This document shows, piece by piece, positions 8,011 through 17,041 of a stretch of 46,288 nucleotides of DNA. Within the stretch, counting starts at the first letter, position 1, and each line of letters opens with the position of its first letter. A program made the translations under genes and the position numbers. The stretch comes from Pseudomonadota bacterium (GTDB taxonomy: Bacteria; Pseudomonadota; Alphaproteobacteria; Caulobacterales; Hyphomonadaceae): assembly GCA_038527085.1 (NCBI GenBank), contig JBCBGD010000001.1, positions 240-46,527 on the forward strand, given 5' to 3'. The notes under the pieces were generated by a model. That model was not told where the DNA came from. It searched no databases and saw nothing but the letters and a program-made list of their open reading frames with translations.

Positions 8011-9056
8011 GCAAAGATATTCGTGCCTGCATTCTGAGTGTCTCAGGACCCGAGCTTCTCGACAGTGAGGCGCGGTTCTTGTCTGACGCTCAGCCCTGGG
8101 GGGTGATCCTCATGGGCCGCTCCTGCGTGACACGGGTTCAGGTTCGCGAGCTTGTGGATGATATCTGGCAGGCCTTGGGGCGCAGCTGTCTTGTTTTCAT
8201 CGATCAGGAAGGTGGGCGGGTTGCCCGGCTGAAGTCGCCTGAGTGGCCGCGCTTTCCGGCTGCGCGCGTTTTCGGCGAGATCCATACGGGCGACGAGGCG
8301 GCTGGTTTGGAGGCTTCCTATCTCAGTCACCGGTTGATGGCGCACGAACTCTCAGCGATCGGTATCCATGCCGACTGTGCGCCTGTGCTCGACCTACCGG
8401 TCCCCGGCGCGCACGACGTCATTGGAGACCGGGCCTTCGCAATGGGCGTGGCGTCCGCTGTCGCGCTCGCTTCGGCAGCGATTGAAGGATTGAAGGATGG
8501 CGGCGTCGCGCCCGTCATCAAACACCTGCCGGGGCATGGGCGCGCGCAGGCAGACAGCCACCTGGAGTTGCCACGTGTGACGGCCGGCCTGAACGAACTC
8601 AATGCCAAGGATTTCGCGCCATTTGAGGCTTTGAGTGCCGCGCCGATGGCGATGACGGCGCATATTGCGTTCGATGCCATCGATGCTGACGCGCCCGTGA
8701 CGCTGTCATCAAAAGCGATCGAAGAGATCATTCGCAGGCGAATCGGGTTTGATGGCCTGTTGATGACAGACGATCTTGGAATGAATGCCCTTGGAGGGCC
8801 GCTGGAAAGCCGCGCACGCCGTGCGCTTGAGGCTGGGTGTGATGTCGTGCTGCACTGCGCAGGGTTCACCAAGGCGCCTGAGGATGTTCTTTCAGAGATG
8901 GAAGAGGTTGCAGGCGCGTGTGAGGCGCTGTCTGGCAAGAGCCTTGAGCGCGCACTGGCTGCAGAGACCTATACGACAAAAGCCAGGCCATTCGATGCCG
9001 AGGCAGGCTGGGAGCGGCTTCGAGCCCTCCTCCCCAAGCAGGAGGCCGCGGCATGA
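8007..9056 (+). CDS. nagZ: beta-N-acetylhexosaminidase (GH3, NagZ)
   Basis: IDQEGGRVARL and KHLPGHGRAQADSHLELP are NagZ signatures. The start overlaps the upstream stop (ATGA). Confidence 0.88.
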   Translation: MSKDIRACILSVSGPELLDSEARFLSDAQPWGVILMGRSCVTRVQVRELVDDIWQALGRSCLVFIDQEGGRVARLKSPEWPRFPAARVFGEIHTGDEAAGLEASYLSHRLMAHELSAIGIHADCAPVLDLPVPGAHDVIGDRAFAMGVASAVALASAAIEGLKDGGVAPVIKHLPGHGRAQADSHLELPRVTAGLNELNAKDFAPFEALSAAPMAMTAHIAFDAIDADAPVTLSSKAIEEIIRRRIGFDGLLMTDDLGMNALGGPLESRARRALEAGCDVVLHCAGFTKAPEDVLSEMEEVAGACEALSGKSLERALAAETYTTKARPFDAEAGWERLRALLPKQEAAA

Positions 9057-9877
9057 GCGAAGCAACACTTTCGATTTCCGATCTTTCAAACGAGGTCGAG
9101 GAAGCCGATGAGGGCGATATCTTCGTCGTCGACACCAGCGTCTATGAAGGCCCGCTTCACCTTCTGCTTGAGCTCGCACGGCGCCAGAAGGTTGACCTGT
9201 TGCAAGTGTCAATTCTGACGCTCGCCGAGCAGTATCTCGACTTCATCAAGGACGCCAAATCGCGCCGCATTGATCTGGCGGCGGACTATCTGCTGATGGC
9301 CGCGTGGCTGGCCTTCCTGAAATCCCGCCTGATGTTGCCCAAGCCTGAAAAGGTCGAGGACGACGCCGATACGCCAGAAGACATGGCGCAAAGACTCGCC
9401 TTCCGCCTGCGGCGCCTCGACGCCATGCGCGAGGCTGGCGAGGAATTGATGAACGGCCCCATCCTTGGCGAGCGCGTGTTCCTGCGCGGCGCACCCCAGA
9501 AGCCGAAAGTGATCAAGCACATCGAGTATGACACCACGCTCTGGCACCTGATGCAGGCCTTCGGCGCGATCCGTGGACGCAAGACCAAAGCCGCGCCGCA
9601 CAAAATCGAGAAGCAGTTCGTGCTTCCTCTGGAAAGCGCGCGGCAGGGCCTGAAAACCCTCGGGCCGCAGCTGCGCCAGTGGGCAAGTCTTGACGACATC
9701 AGAAGTCAGATACATGGACTGGACCCAGATGTGCCGACGCGCTCGGTGACGGCATCTGTGTTTTCGGCGGCGCTGGAGCTTGCCCGCGACGGAGATGTGG
9801 AGCTTCGACAGGACATCCACTTCGCGCCGCTCTACTTGCGCGCACCAGGACCCGAAGCCGTGGAGGCCTCTCAATGA
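9053..9877 (+). CDS. scpA: segregation and condensation protein A
   Basis: GPLHLLLELARRQKVDLLQVSILTLAEQYLDFI is a ScpA N-terminal motif. The gene overlaps nagZ and scpB by 4 nt each. Confidence 0.88.
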   Translation: MSEATLSISDLSNEVEEADEGDIFVVDTSVYEGPLHLLLELARRQKVDLLQVSILTLAEQYLDFIKDAKSRRIDLAADYLLMAAWLAFLKSRLMLPKPEKVEDDADTPEDMAQRLAFRLRRLDAMREAGEELMNGPILGERVFLRGAPQKPKVIKHIEYDTTLWHLMQAFGAIRGRKTKAAPHKIEKQFVLPLESARQGLKTLGPQLRQWASLDDIRSQIHGLDPDVPTRSVTASVFSAALELARDGDVELRQDIHFAPLYLRAPGPEAVEASQ

Positions 9878-10662
9878 ATCAGCCTGACACCGAGGCGCTC
9901 GACAACGCGCCAGAAGCCATTCGTCATGCGGTCAAGCAGCTTTCCTTTGCTTATTCCCGCTCTGAGCAGACGATCAATCAGACGCTGACAGACAAGATGG
10001 CAGACGCGATGCGCCGGGCCGAAGCGGTGCTCTTCGCTGCCGGTGAGCCCCTCGATGCAGAAGCGCTGTCTGAAACGCTGCCCCAGGGCATTGAAGCCGC
10101 TGACGTGCTCATGGCGCTGAAGTCCCAGTATCAGGGCAGGGGCGTCGAGCTTGTCGAAGTGGCCGGGAAATGGCGCTTCCAGTCGGCTGCCGATCTCGAT
10201 TTCCTGTTTGTGGAAGAGCGCCAGGAACAAAAGAAGCTGAGCCAAGCTGCCCTCGAGACCATGGCGATCATCGCCTATGGCCAGCCCGTTACACGCGCTG
10301 AAATCGAAGCGGTGCGTGGCGTGGCGGTTTCCAAAGGCACCATCGATACGCTGATGGAGACCGGCTGGATCCGCATCAAGGGGCGACGGAAGACGCCTGG
10401 CCGGCCTGTCACCTATGGCACCACTGACGCGTTTTTGGAGCATTTTGGGCTTGAGAGCCTGTCCGTGTTGCCTGGCAAAGCAGACCTGGAAGCAGAAGGC
10501 CTGCTCAGTGATGTGGTGCCTGACGACTTCAGGATGCCCGGAGAAGAGGGCCTGGAAGAGGTCGCGGAGGGCGAAGACGATCATGTGGATCTTTCGCAAG
10601 ACGAAGAGAATGCCTTCGTGACGGACTTCATGGATGAACAGCCTGCAACGGCTGCGGAGTAG
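9874..10662 (+). CDS. scpB: segregation and condensation protein B
   Basis: EAVLFAAGEPL, VTRAEIEAVRGV and GRPVTYGTTDAFLEHFGL are ScpB winged-helix motifs. The C-terminal tail is acidic. Confidence 0.88.
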   Translation: MNQPDTEALDNAPEAIRHAVKQLSFAYSRSEQTINQTLTDKMADAMRRAEAVLFAAGEPLDAEALSETLPQGIEAADVLMALKSQYQGRGVELVEVAGKWRFQSAADLDFLFVEERQEQKKLSQAALETMAIIAYGQPVTRAEIEAVRGVAVSKGTIDTLMETGWIRIKGRRKTPGRPVTYGTTDAFLEHFGLESLSVLPGKADLEAEGLLSDVVPDDFRMPGEEGLEEVAEGEDDHVDLSQDEENAFVTDFMDEQPATAAE

Positions 10663-10731
10663 TTCCACCTTCGCGTTTACCGCGCACCCTTTACGCCCTA
10701 TGTTAGGCGCACACGTGTTTGGAGGTGCTTT

Positions 10732-10947
10732 ATGTCACCAGGTTGGCCCCAGATTTTGCTCATCGTGGTCGTGGCGTTGCTGCTGTTTGGCGGTCGCGGC
10801 CGCATATCCTCCATCATGGGAGATATGGCCAAGGGCATCCGCAGTTTCCGTACCGGACTGAACGACGAGGAAGATCAGAAAACTGTCCCGAAGGATGATG
10901 ACCTGGTTGATGTGACGCCGAAAAAGGACGAGGCAAAGTCCTCCTAA
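10732..10947 (+). CDS. tatA: twin-arginine translocase subunit TatA
   Basis: [35 protein letters not shown] is the TatA TM helix plus amphipathic helix. GGAGG lies 7 nt upstream. Confidence 0.9.
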   Translation: MSPGWPQILLIVVVALLLFGGRGRISSIMGDMAKGIRSFRTGLNDEEDQKTVPKDDDLVDVTPKKDEAKSS

Positions 10948-10983
10948 GGACCGCTCTGGGCGAGATCGAGGAAGGCGCAGTCT

Positions 10984-11358
10984 ATGCTGCCACAGATAGG
11001 CATGACGGAATTTCTGCTGCTTGCCGCAGTGGCCCTGATCGTGCTCGGCCCGAAAGACATGTCCCTCACAATGCGCAAGCTCGGCCAGTTCGTCGCCAAG
11101 GGCCGCGCCATGGCGCGCGAATTCCAGGGCGCCTTTGACGACATCGCAAAGCAGGCTGAGCTTGATGACCTCCGCAAGGAAATTGAAGAGCTCAAGCGCA
11201 ACAATGCAATGACTGAGGCGCAGGACAGCCTGAAGGCGGTGGAGGACGACATCAACTCCGCCATCATGCGCGGGGAAAACGTGCCTGAAGCGCCTAGGCC
11301 TCAGGTGAAGGACATTGAAGCAGCCCCTGAAACCAAGCCAGCAGAGGGCACGTCGTGA
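10984..11358 (+). CDS. tatB: twin-arginine translocase subunit TatB
   Basis: GMTEFLLLAAVALIVLGPKDMSLTMRKLGQFVAKGRAMAREF is a TatB-type N-terminus. The gene sits between tatA and tatC. Confidence 0.85.
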   Translation: MLPQIGMTEFLLLAAVALIVLGPKDMSLTMRKLGQFVAKGRAMAREFQGAFDDIAKQAELDDLRKEIEELKRNNAMTEAQDSLKAVEDDINSAIMRGENVPEAPRPQVKDIEAAPETKPAEGTS

Positions 11359-12185
11359 GCGACGGGTCCACATTGCCGGGCGAGGGCGGCGAAGGCGATG
11401 AGGTCGATGCTTCCAAAGCGCCGCTGCTCGAGCACCTCGCTGAACTGCGTGTCCGTCTGATCTGGTGCTTTGCCGCGCTGGGTGTCGGCACGATCGTCTG
11501 CTTCGCCTTCGCCAAACACATCTACAATTTCTTGCTCGTGCCGCTGGTGAACGTGGCGCAGACAGAGCTCGGCGATACAGACTTCGAGCTGATCTATACC
11601 GCGCCGCTCGAAGTGTTTTTCGTCCAACTCAAGCTGTCTCTATTTGCGGGTATCTTCGTGGCGTTTCCGTTGATTGCCTACCAGCTCTACGCCTTTGTCG
11701 CCCCGGGGCTGTACAAGAATGAGCGCGGCGCGTTCCTGCCGTTTCTTGTGGCAGCGCCGACGCTGTTCGCGGCGGGCGGTGCTTTCGTCTACTACCTCAT
11801 GCTGACTCTGCTGTCGCGCTTCGCGCTTGGCTTTGAACAGGAAGCGGCCGAGGGCATTGCGGCCATCCAGCCGCAAATCAAGGTGTCGGAATATCTCTCG
11901 CTCGTGATGGCGCTGATCCTCGCCTTTGGCCTTAGCTTTCAGTTGCCGGTCATCCTGACCCTGCTCGGCAAGGCGGGCATGTTGGGGGCTGAGACGCTCA
12001 GAAAGGGGCGCAAGTACGCGATTGTTGGCATTCTGACCTTTGCGATGTTCTTCACGCCGCCGGACATCATCTCCCAGATCATGCTTACGGTGCCGGTGTT
12101 CCTGCTCTACGAGATCAGCATTTTCTGCGTCGCGCTGATCGAAAAGCGCCGCGTTGAGGAAGACGCCGAAGCCGCCGCAGAATAG
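11355..12185 (+). CDS. tatC: twin-arginine translocase subunit TatC
   Basis: LLEHLAELRVRLI is followed by six predicted TM segments and the FFTPPDIISQ motif. The start overlaps the tatB stop. Confidence 0.9.
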   Translation: MSDGSTLPGEGGEGDEVDASKAPLLEHLAELRVRLIWCFAALGVGTIVCFAFAKHIYNFLLVPLVNVAQTELGDTDFELIYTAPLEVFFVQLKLSLFAGIFVAFPLIAYQLYAFVAPGLYKNERGAFLPFLVAAPTLFAAGGAFVYYLMLTLLSRFALGFEQEAAEGIAAIQPQIKVSEYLSLVMALILAFGLSFQLPVILTLLGKAGMLGAETLRKGRKYAIVGILTFAMFFTPPDIISQIMLTVPVFLLYEISIFCVALIEKRRVEEDAEAAAE

Positions 12186-12235
12186 ACAGAATTTCACGTT
12201 CAGCCTCGGTAAAGGCATGCACTCCATCATGTTGC

Positions 12236-12973
12236 GTGTCCCTCAGGAGTGTTGCGCGCATGTGGATAGGCTTTCTCGCCTCCTTCTATATTTCGAGCGA
12301 AGCCGCACCGCTAAGTCATGCGCTGGAAGCAACACAAGCGCCTGACACGCTGCGCGCCGCCTTCGTGGTTGAGCTGAGGAGCGGTCAGGCCTTCAGGATC
12401 TTTGCGTTTGATCCCCGACTTCCTAAAGACAGGCGCTGGAGGCTGGAAAAGGAGGAGGGCGAGAACGCCGAGCTTGACGAACTGGGCGCCGCGTGGGGCG
12501 CCGAGCCCGCGCCCGATAGCCGTCTCTTTCCCGATGATCTGAGCCTTTCCATGTCCGCCTCGCTTGAAGCCGAGGATATGGGGCATGCTTGGCGGATAGC
12601 GTTCGACCACCGGCCATCTGTGCAGCGAAGCGAATTCGATGTGTGGGCGGCGAGGCATTTGGAGGCCAGTCTCTGGCTTGATCCCGAGGCCGGTCGCTTC
12701 CTGCGCCTCGATCACAATCTCCCACGGCCGGTGACGGGCCCGAAAGGTGTCCGCCTGTTGCGGTATGCCCAGTCGCATTATCTCGACTGCGAGCCTACCT
12801 TTGGGCTAAGCTTCATCTCAGCCATTAGCGTGGATCTTGAGGCGAGGGCAGGGTTCCGCACCATCATTCGGGACTACGAAATGCGTGTCCTGTCGGCGGA
12901 GTTTTTCTTTGCTTCTGCCGCCGATGAGGCCGCGTTTCACAAAAACCGTGGAAATTCCACACCATCGCGCTGA
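12236..12973 (+). CDS. hypothetical protein, probably exported
   Basis: G/C-rich third codon positions support coding. The hydrophobic N-terminus is (MSLRSVAR)MWIGFLASFYISSEAAPLSHA. The start is GTG 12236 or ATG 12260, the latter with AGGAG 10 nt upstream. I recognise no family motif. Confidence 0.55.
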   Translation: MSLRSVARMWIGFLASFYISSEAAPLSHALEATQAPDTLRAAFVVELRSGQAFRIFAFDPRLPKDRRWRLEKEEGENAELDELGAAWGAEPAPDSRLFPDDLSLSMSASLEAEDMGHAWRIAFDHRPSVQRSEFDVWAARHLEASLWLDPEAGRFLRLDHNLPRPVTGPKGVRLLRYAQSHYLDCEPTFGLSFISAISVDLEARAGFRTIIRDYEMRVLSAEFFFASAADEAAFHKNRGNSTPSR

Positions 12974-13009
12974 AGAGTCACTGGTTCTCTCACACCGTGG
13001 GATTACCCT

Positions 13010-13432
13010 ATGCCCATGGCGATTCACATGATCAAACTCTGTGTTGGCGCGGAGTCCATTGCTGATCTCGCGGCGTGGCAGCAAAAGCTGCTGCAGACCT
13101 ATCCCAAGCCGGTTCACCACACGCGCATGTCGCCCAAGCGCCGTGATGAATTGCTGGCGGGTGGCTCGATCTATTGGGTCATCAGGAAAGTGATCCGTGC
13201 GCGCCAGAGGATCATCGACATTCGCACCGTGGATGACCGCGCCGGAAAGCCGATGTGCGAGCTGGTTTTCGATCCAGAGATCATCCCGGTCGTGCCACGG
13301 CGCAAGCGGCCCTTCCAGGGCTGGCGGTATCTCAAGGTCGCCGATGCGCCAGCCGATCTGGAGCCGGGGCGCAAGGCTTCCGATGTTCCGCTTGGCCTGG
13401 ATGAGGCGCTGAAAGAAGCGATGGTCTGGTAG
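13010..13432 (+). CDS. DUF1489 family protein
   Basis: IHMIKLCVGAESIADL, GGSIYWVIRKVIRARQRIIDIR and RRKRPFQGWRYL match my recollection of the alphaproteobacterial DUF1489 family. Confidence 0.75.
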   Translation: MPMAIHMIKLCVGAESIADLAAWQQKLLQTYPKPVHHTRMSPKRRDELLAGGSIYWVIRKVIRARQRIIDIRTVDDRAGKPMCELVFDPEIIPVVPRRKRPFQGWRYLKVADAPADLEPGRKASDVPLGLDEALKEAMVW

Positions 13433-13439
13433 CGCGCAC

Positions 13440-14312
13440 TCAGAATTTGAGCGGCAGGTTGTCGATCAACCTCGTCTTGCCGAGCCAGGCCGCGCCTAAA
13501 ATTCTCGCCTCTGAGGGCCAGCGGCTCTTGTCCTTGGACAGGTCTTCAAGCGTGGCGGGATCGACCGCGCTGATATAATCGACCGACGAGAACCCTGCCT
13601 CGAGGGTCGTCGCACGTGCGACTTCGAGCACTGTATCCAGATCAGAATGCTCCGACTCGAGAGTTTCCTTGGCAACGCTGAGTGCCTGATGGAGTGCGCT
13701 GGCGCGGCGACGCTCGTCTTGGCTTAAATAGAGATTGCGGGACGAGTGGGCGAGGCCATCGGACTCTCGGAGGGTGGGCGCGCCGACAATCTCGATCGCC
13801 ATGCCGAGGTCTGTCACCATCCGCCGGATAATCTGGAGCTGCTGGTAGTCTTTCTCTCCGAACACCGCCACGTCGGGGCGCACATGCTGAAAGAGCCGCG
13901 CCACGACAGTCGTCACGCCATAGAAGAAGTGCGGCCTGTAGATTCCATCGAGCTTGTCCGAGAGGCCCGGAACGCGGACGTCCGTGACGCTTCCTTCCGG
14001 ATACATGTCCAAGGGCGTTGGAAGATAGGCGATGTCGCATCCTGCCGCTTCCAGCTTCTCAAGATCGCTGGCTTCGTCTCTGGGATAGGTCTCGAAGTCT
14101 TCGCCCGGCGCAAACTGGGTCGGGTTGACGAAGATGCTGGCCACCGTCACGCGCGCTTTTTCGCGGGAAAGGGTGATCAGCGATAGGTGACCATTGTGTA
14201 AGGCTCCCATAGTCGGAACAAGCCCAATCGACTGCCCTCTGTAATAATCATTGCGCAACACGTGTATCAGCTCGGCTCTGGAGCGCACAACTGTCAGGGG
14301 AAACTTTGCCAT
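13440..14312 (-). CDS. panC: pantoate--beta-alanine ligase
   Basis: GLVPTMGALHNGHLSLI and FGEKDYQQL are PanC motifs. Length is 290 aa. Confidence 0.92.
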   Translation of the reverse strand: MAKFPLTVVRSRAELIHVLRNDYYRGQSIGLVPTMGALHNGHLSLITLSREKARVTVASIFVNPTQFAPGEDFETYPRDEASDLEKLEAAGCDIAYLPTPLDMYPEGSVTDVRVPGLSDKLDGIYRPHFFYGVTTVVARLFQHVRPDVAVFGEKDYQQLQIIRRMVTDLGMAIEIVGAPTLRESDGLAHSSRNLYLSQDERRRASALHQALSVAKETLESEHSDLDTVLEVARATTLEAGFSSVDYISAVDPATLEDLSKDKSRWPSEARILGAAWLGKTRLIDNLPLKF

Positions 14313-14347
14313 TGGAATCTCGATGACTTCGGGTAGAGTGAAACCAG

Positions 14348-14866
14348 TTGTTAACCGGCATTGGGGAAGTTGCGCTCATGGCATATCGCATCGTCAACAC
14401 ATTCAAACGCTTTGCTGTCCAGGCCGCTGTGCGGTTTATGCCGGTTGGGCGATTTGATCCAGTCGCGCCGCAGCCTCGCATCCGACATTTCGATGATCAA
14501 AGTGCAGTCTCCGGTATGGACGACTTCCTGTTTGATCCCGTCACGTCCGGTGTGTCGGCAGCTGCTGAGATGCTCGGCGCAGAGCTAAACCGTGTCTCAA
14601 GCAAGATTGGCGAGATCCGTCAGCTCTTGTCTGACCTGACGCGCTTCGAGCCTGCCGAAACGGTCGAAGTGAACGCTGTGTCCGGGCAGAATTTCGCCTG
14701 GGCGGAGGACGTTTTGTTTGATGGCGACATGCTCGGCGATCCACAGGTTCCTGTCCTGTCGCTTGAGGGCCTGGATGATTTCCTCTTCGAAAATGAAGAC
14801 GCCATCGCGCCGCGTTGGCAGGTCCTGCGTCCTGCGATGATGCCGGCTGGAGTTCAGCACGCGTAA
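14348..14866 (+). CDS. acidic hypothetical protein with duplicated DDFLF motif
   Basis: The plus frame is supported by two copies of G(M/L)DDFLF(D/E). Their DNA, gacgacttcctgtttgat versus gatgatttcctcttcgaa, differs only at third codon positions. The start is uncertain (TTG 14348 or ATG 14378). The gene ends 38 nt before mipZ. Confidence 0.55.
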   Translation: MLTGIGEVALMAYRIVNTFKRFAVQAAVRFMPVGRFDPVAPQPRIRHFDDQSAVSGMDDFLFDPVTSGVSAAAEMLGAELNRVSSKIGEIRQLLSDLTRFEPAETVEVNAVSGQNFAWAEDVLFDGDMLGDPQVPVLSLEGLDDFLFENEDAIAPRWQVLRPAMMPAGVQHA

Positions 14867-14904
14867 AGTGCGCTCGTTGGGCGTGCAGTTTTGGAGTTCT
14901 CAAA

Positions 14905-15795
14905 GTGCCGCCCGAGGGTTTTTCTCCAGTTTCTGGATGTACTGAAGTTGATGTGATCGAGCGGGCCGAGGCGTCCGCACATGTCATTGTTGTCGGAAAC
15001 GAGAAGGGTGGGGCCGGCAAATCTACCGTGGCCATGCACCTGACCGTGGCTTTGATGCGCATGGGCGCGCGGGTAGGGATAATTGATCTTGATGTCCGCC
15101 AGCGCACGCTGACTCGCTACATGGAAAATCGCCATCGGTGGGCTCAGTCCACAGGCGCTTCGCTTCCCATGCCCGAAATCATCCGCGTCGACGCCAGTTC
15201 CGAGCGCGATCTGGATGTTGCCGAGCGCCAGGAAACCGATCGGCTTGAAGACAGTCTCAGGCGTCTGCGCGCCTCGTGTGATTTCATCGTGGTGGATGCC
15301 CCAGGTGGCGACACGTTTCTGTCGCGCCTCGCGCATACCCACGCAGACACGTTGATCACACCGTTGAACGACAGTTTCGTGGATTTTGATCTTCTCGGCG
15401 ATGTGAACCCGCAGAATCTCGAAGTACTTCGTCCAAGCTTTTATTCCGAGATGGTCTGGAACTGCCGCAAGCAGAAGGCGCGGTCCGCCCGCAAGCCGAT
15501 CGACTGGATCGTCATGCGTAATCGCATGTCCCCCCTCGAGGCGCGTAATAAACAAAAGGTGGGTGCAGCGCTGGAGAAGCTTGCCAAGCGCATTGGCTTC
15601 CGCTTGGCGCCTGGCCTGTCCGAGCGCGTGATTTACCGCGAATTGTTTCCAGCCGGATTAACCTTGCTTGATCTCACAGAGCGCGGCTCGAACATTTCAT
15701 TCACCATGAGCCATGTGGCAGCGCGGCAGGAGATGAGAGATCTGCTCATCATTCTCCAACTGCCAGAACTCATTGGCAAAGAGATCGCATTTTAA
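14905..15795 (+). CDS. mipZ: ParA-like division-site positioning ATPase MipZ
   Basis: VIVVGNEKGGAGKSTVAMHL (deviant Walker A), IIDLDVRQRTLTRYMENR, TPLNDSFVDFDLLG and RVIYRELFPAGLTLLDL closely parallel Caulobacter MipZ as I recall it. I chose GTG 14905 as the start because GGAG lies 8 nt upstream. The ORF-track ATG 14815 would overlap the upstream gene. Confidence 0.85.
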   Translation: MPPEGFSPVSGCTEVDVIERAEASAHVIVVGNEKGGAGKSTVAMHLTVALMRMGARVGIIDLDVRQRTLTRYMENRHRWAQSTGASLPMPEIIRVDASSERDLDVAERQETDRLEDSLRRLRASCDFIVVDAPGGDTFLSRLAHTHADTLITPLNDSFVDFDLLGDVNPQNLEVLRPSFYSEMVWNCRKQKARSARKPIDWIVMRNRMSPLEARNKQKVGAALEKLAKRIGFRLAPGLSERVIYRELFPAGLTLLDLTERGSNISFTMSHVAARQEMRDLLIILQLPELIGKEIAF

Positions 15796-15858
15796 AAGAG
15801 AACTTTTGTCGAGCTCGACGCTGATTGGCTCTGCCGTCTTTCGTTGGAAAAGCAGGCT

Positions 15859-16815
15859 TTACTGAACGTCGCCTTCGCCAACAGGGAAGGGCTTACCGTT
15901 AAGCGTCGGGATCGCGGCGGCATCAGGATCGATCGGCTGGCGCACGCTTTCAAAGGCTATGTGCGTCTGCAAGGACTCCCCGGGCGTCACAGGCGCTGCG
16001 AAGCTTTGGTAAGCGGCCTCAATGAGTTCGGCGACGTGGGCGTTGCGCGCCCGCGAGGTACGCCCGCCCAGCATCACAGTGATGACCCGCGTGTCACCGC
16101 GAACGGCTGATGCCATCAGATTGTAACCCGATGCGCGAGTGTAGCCTGTCTTGAGGCCATCGACGCCATCGACTGAGCCCAGCAGCTCATTGTGGTTGCG
16201 GTAGGTGCGGCTGCCCCAGCGAAATTCGCGTGTAGAGAAATAGTGATAGTAGCCCGCATGCTCTTCCATGATGGCCTCGGCCAAGAGGGCCATGTCCCGG
16301 GCCGTCGAAATTTGTCGCGTATCGGGGAGGCCCGAGGCGTTGAAAAACCGCGTATTGGCCATGCCGAGGCTCTGGGCCTTCACGGTCATGAGCGCGGAGA
16401 AACGCTCTTCCGTTCCGCCGATGTGTTCGGCCACCACGACGGCCACATCATTGGCGGACTTTGTAATCAGTGCGTGGATGGCATCATGCACGGAAATCGT
16501 GTCGCCGCGCTTCAGGCGCAGGTTTGAAGGCGGTTGGGACGCGGCATTGCGCGATACAGCCATCATGGTCGAGGCGCTGACACGCCCTGCCTCGAGCTCA
16601 TCGAAGAGCATGTAAAGGGTCATCACTTTGGTGAGGGATGCTGGATAGCGCGGTGCATCGGCGTGGCGCGCGTGGAGCACAGTGTCTGTACTGGCGTCGA
16701 CGACAATGGAGGCGTAACGTTCAGCCTGGGCTTCGGACAGGAATGTGCCTGACAAACTCAATGCGCCAACAGCAAGTGCGGCGATTGCAGATTTTGACGG
16801 GGACAAACGCATCAT
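15859..16815 (-). CDS. D-alanyl-D-alanine carboxypeptidase (S11 serine peptidase, low-MW PBP)
   Basis: A signal peptide is present. All three active-site motifs are present: SLTK (SxxK), SAN (SxN) and KTG. AAGGAG lies upstream of ATG 16815. Confidence 0.88.
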   Translation of the reverse strand: MMRLSPSKSAIAALAVGALSLSGTFLSEAQAERYASIVVDASTDTVLHARHADAPRYPASLTKVMTLYMLFDELEAGRVSASTMMAVSRNAASQPPSNLRLKRGDTISVHDAIHALITKSANDVAVVVAEHIGGTEERFSALMTVKAQSLGMANTRFFNASGLPDTRQISTARDMALLAEAIMEEHAGYYHYFSTREFRWGSRTYRNHNELLGSVDGVDGLKTGYTRASGYNLMASAVRGDTRVITVMLGGRTSRARNAHVAELIEAAYQSFAAPVTPGESLQTHIAFESVRQPIDPDAAAIPTLNGKPFPVGEGDVQ

Positions 16816-17041
16816 TCCTGCTCCTTCTGGAAACACATCGTTCAGCCGATACCCCGGCCATGAGACTAGATTTGACCAAACCTGTTGACCAGTCGTTAAG
16901 GGCAGGCGGGACCTGAAGTTTTCGTTAGATCGGGAAAAATGGTGCGGTGCACAAAAATATCTTGCAATTGCGAAGGGGCTGTGCTATTTCTTCATCATCG
17001 AGAGAAAACCGCCACGATCATACCAAAGAAAGAGTTGACCC

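Noticed and set aside
9871-10668. A 265-aa minus-strand ORF almost exactly mirrors scpB. Similar long antisense ORFs occur at 6214..7068 (dgt), 9209..9874 (scpA), 18872..19780 (clpA), 20993..21859 (hypothetical), 31623..32774 (glyA), 42758..43444 (GGDEF-EAL) and 45612..46181 (cysteine desulfurase).
   Set aside because: The sense-strand products carry unambiguous family motifs. The antisense translations are Arg/His/Gln/Leu-rich with no motifs. Long shadow ORFs are expected opposite genes with G/C-rich third positions.
14541-15107. A 188-aa minus-strand ORF spanning the mipZ upstream gene and the mipZ 5' end. The 87-aa ORF at 14597..14860 was considered too.
   Set aside because: The translation is Arg/Pro/Ser-rich. 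The plus frame is supported by the DDFLF duplication, which differs only at third codon positions, and by the MipZ Walker A region.
15819-15830. The 12-nt perfect palindrome GTCGAGCTCGAC between mipZ and the carboxypeptidase gene, considered as a terminator.
   Set aside because: It has no loop and no adjacent U-tract on either strand, so it is too weak to call.
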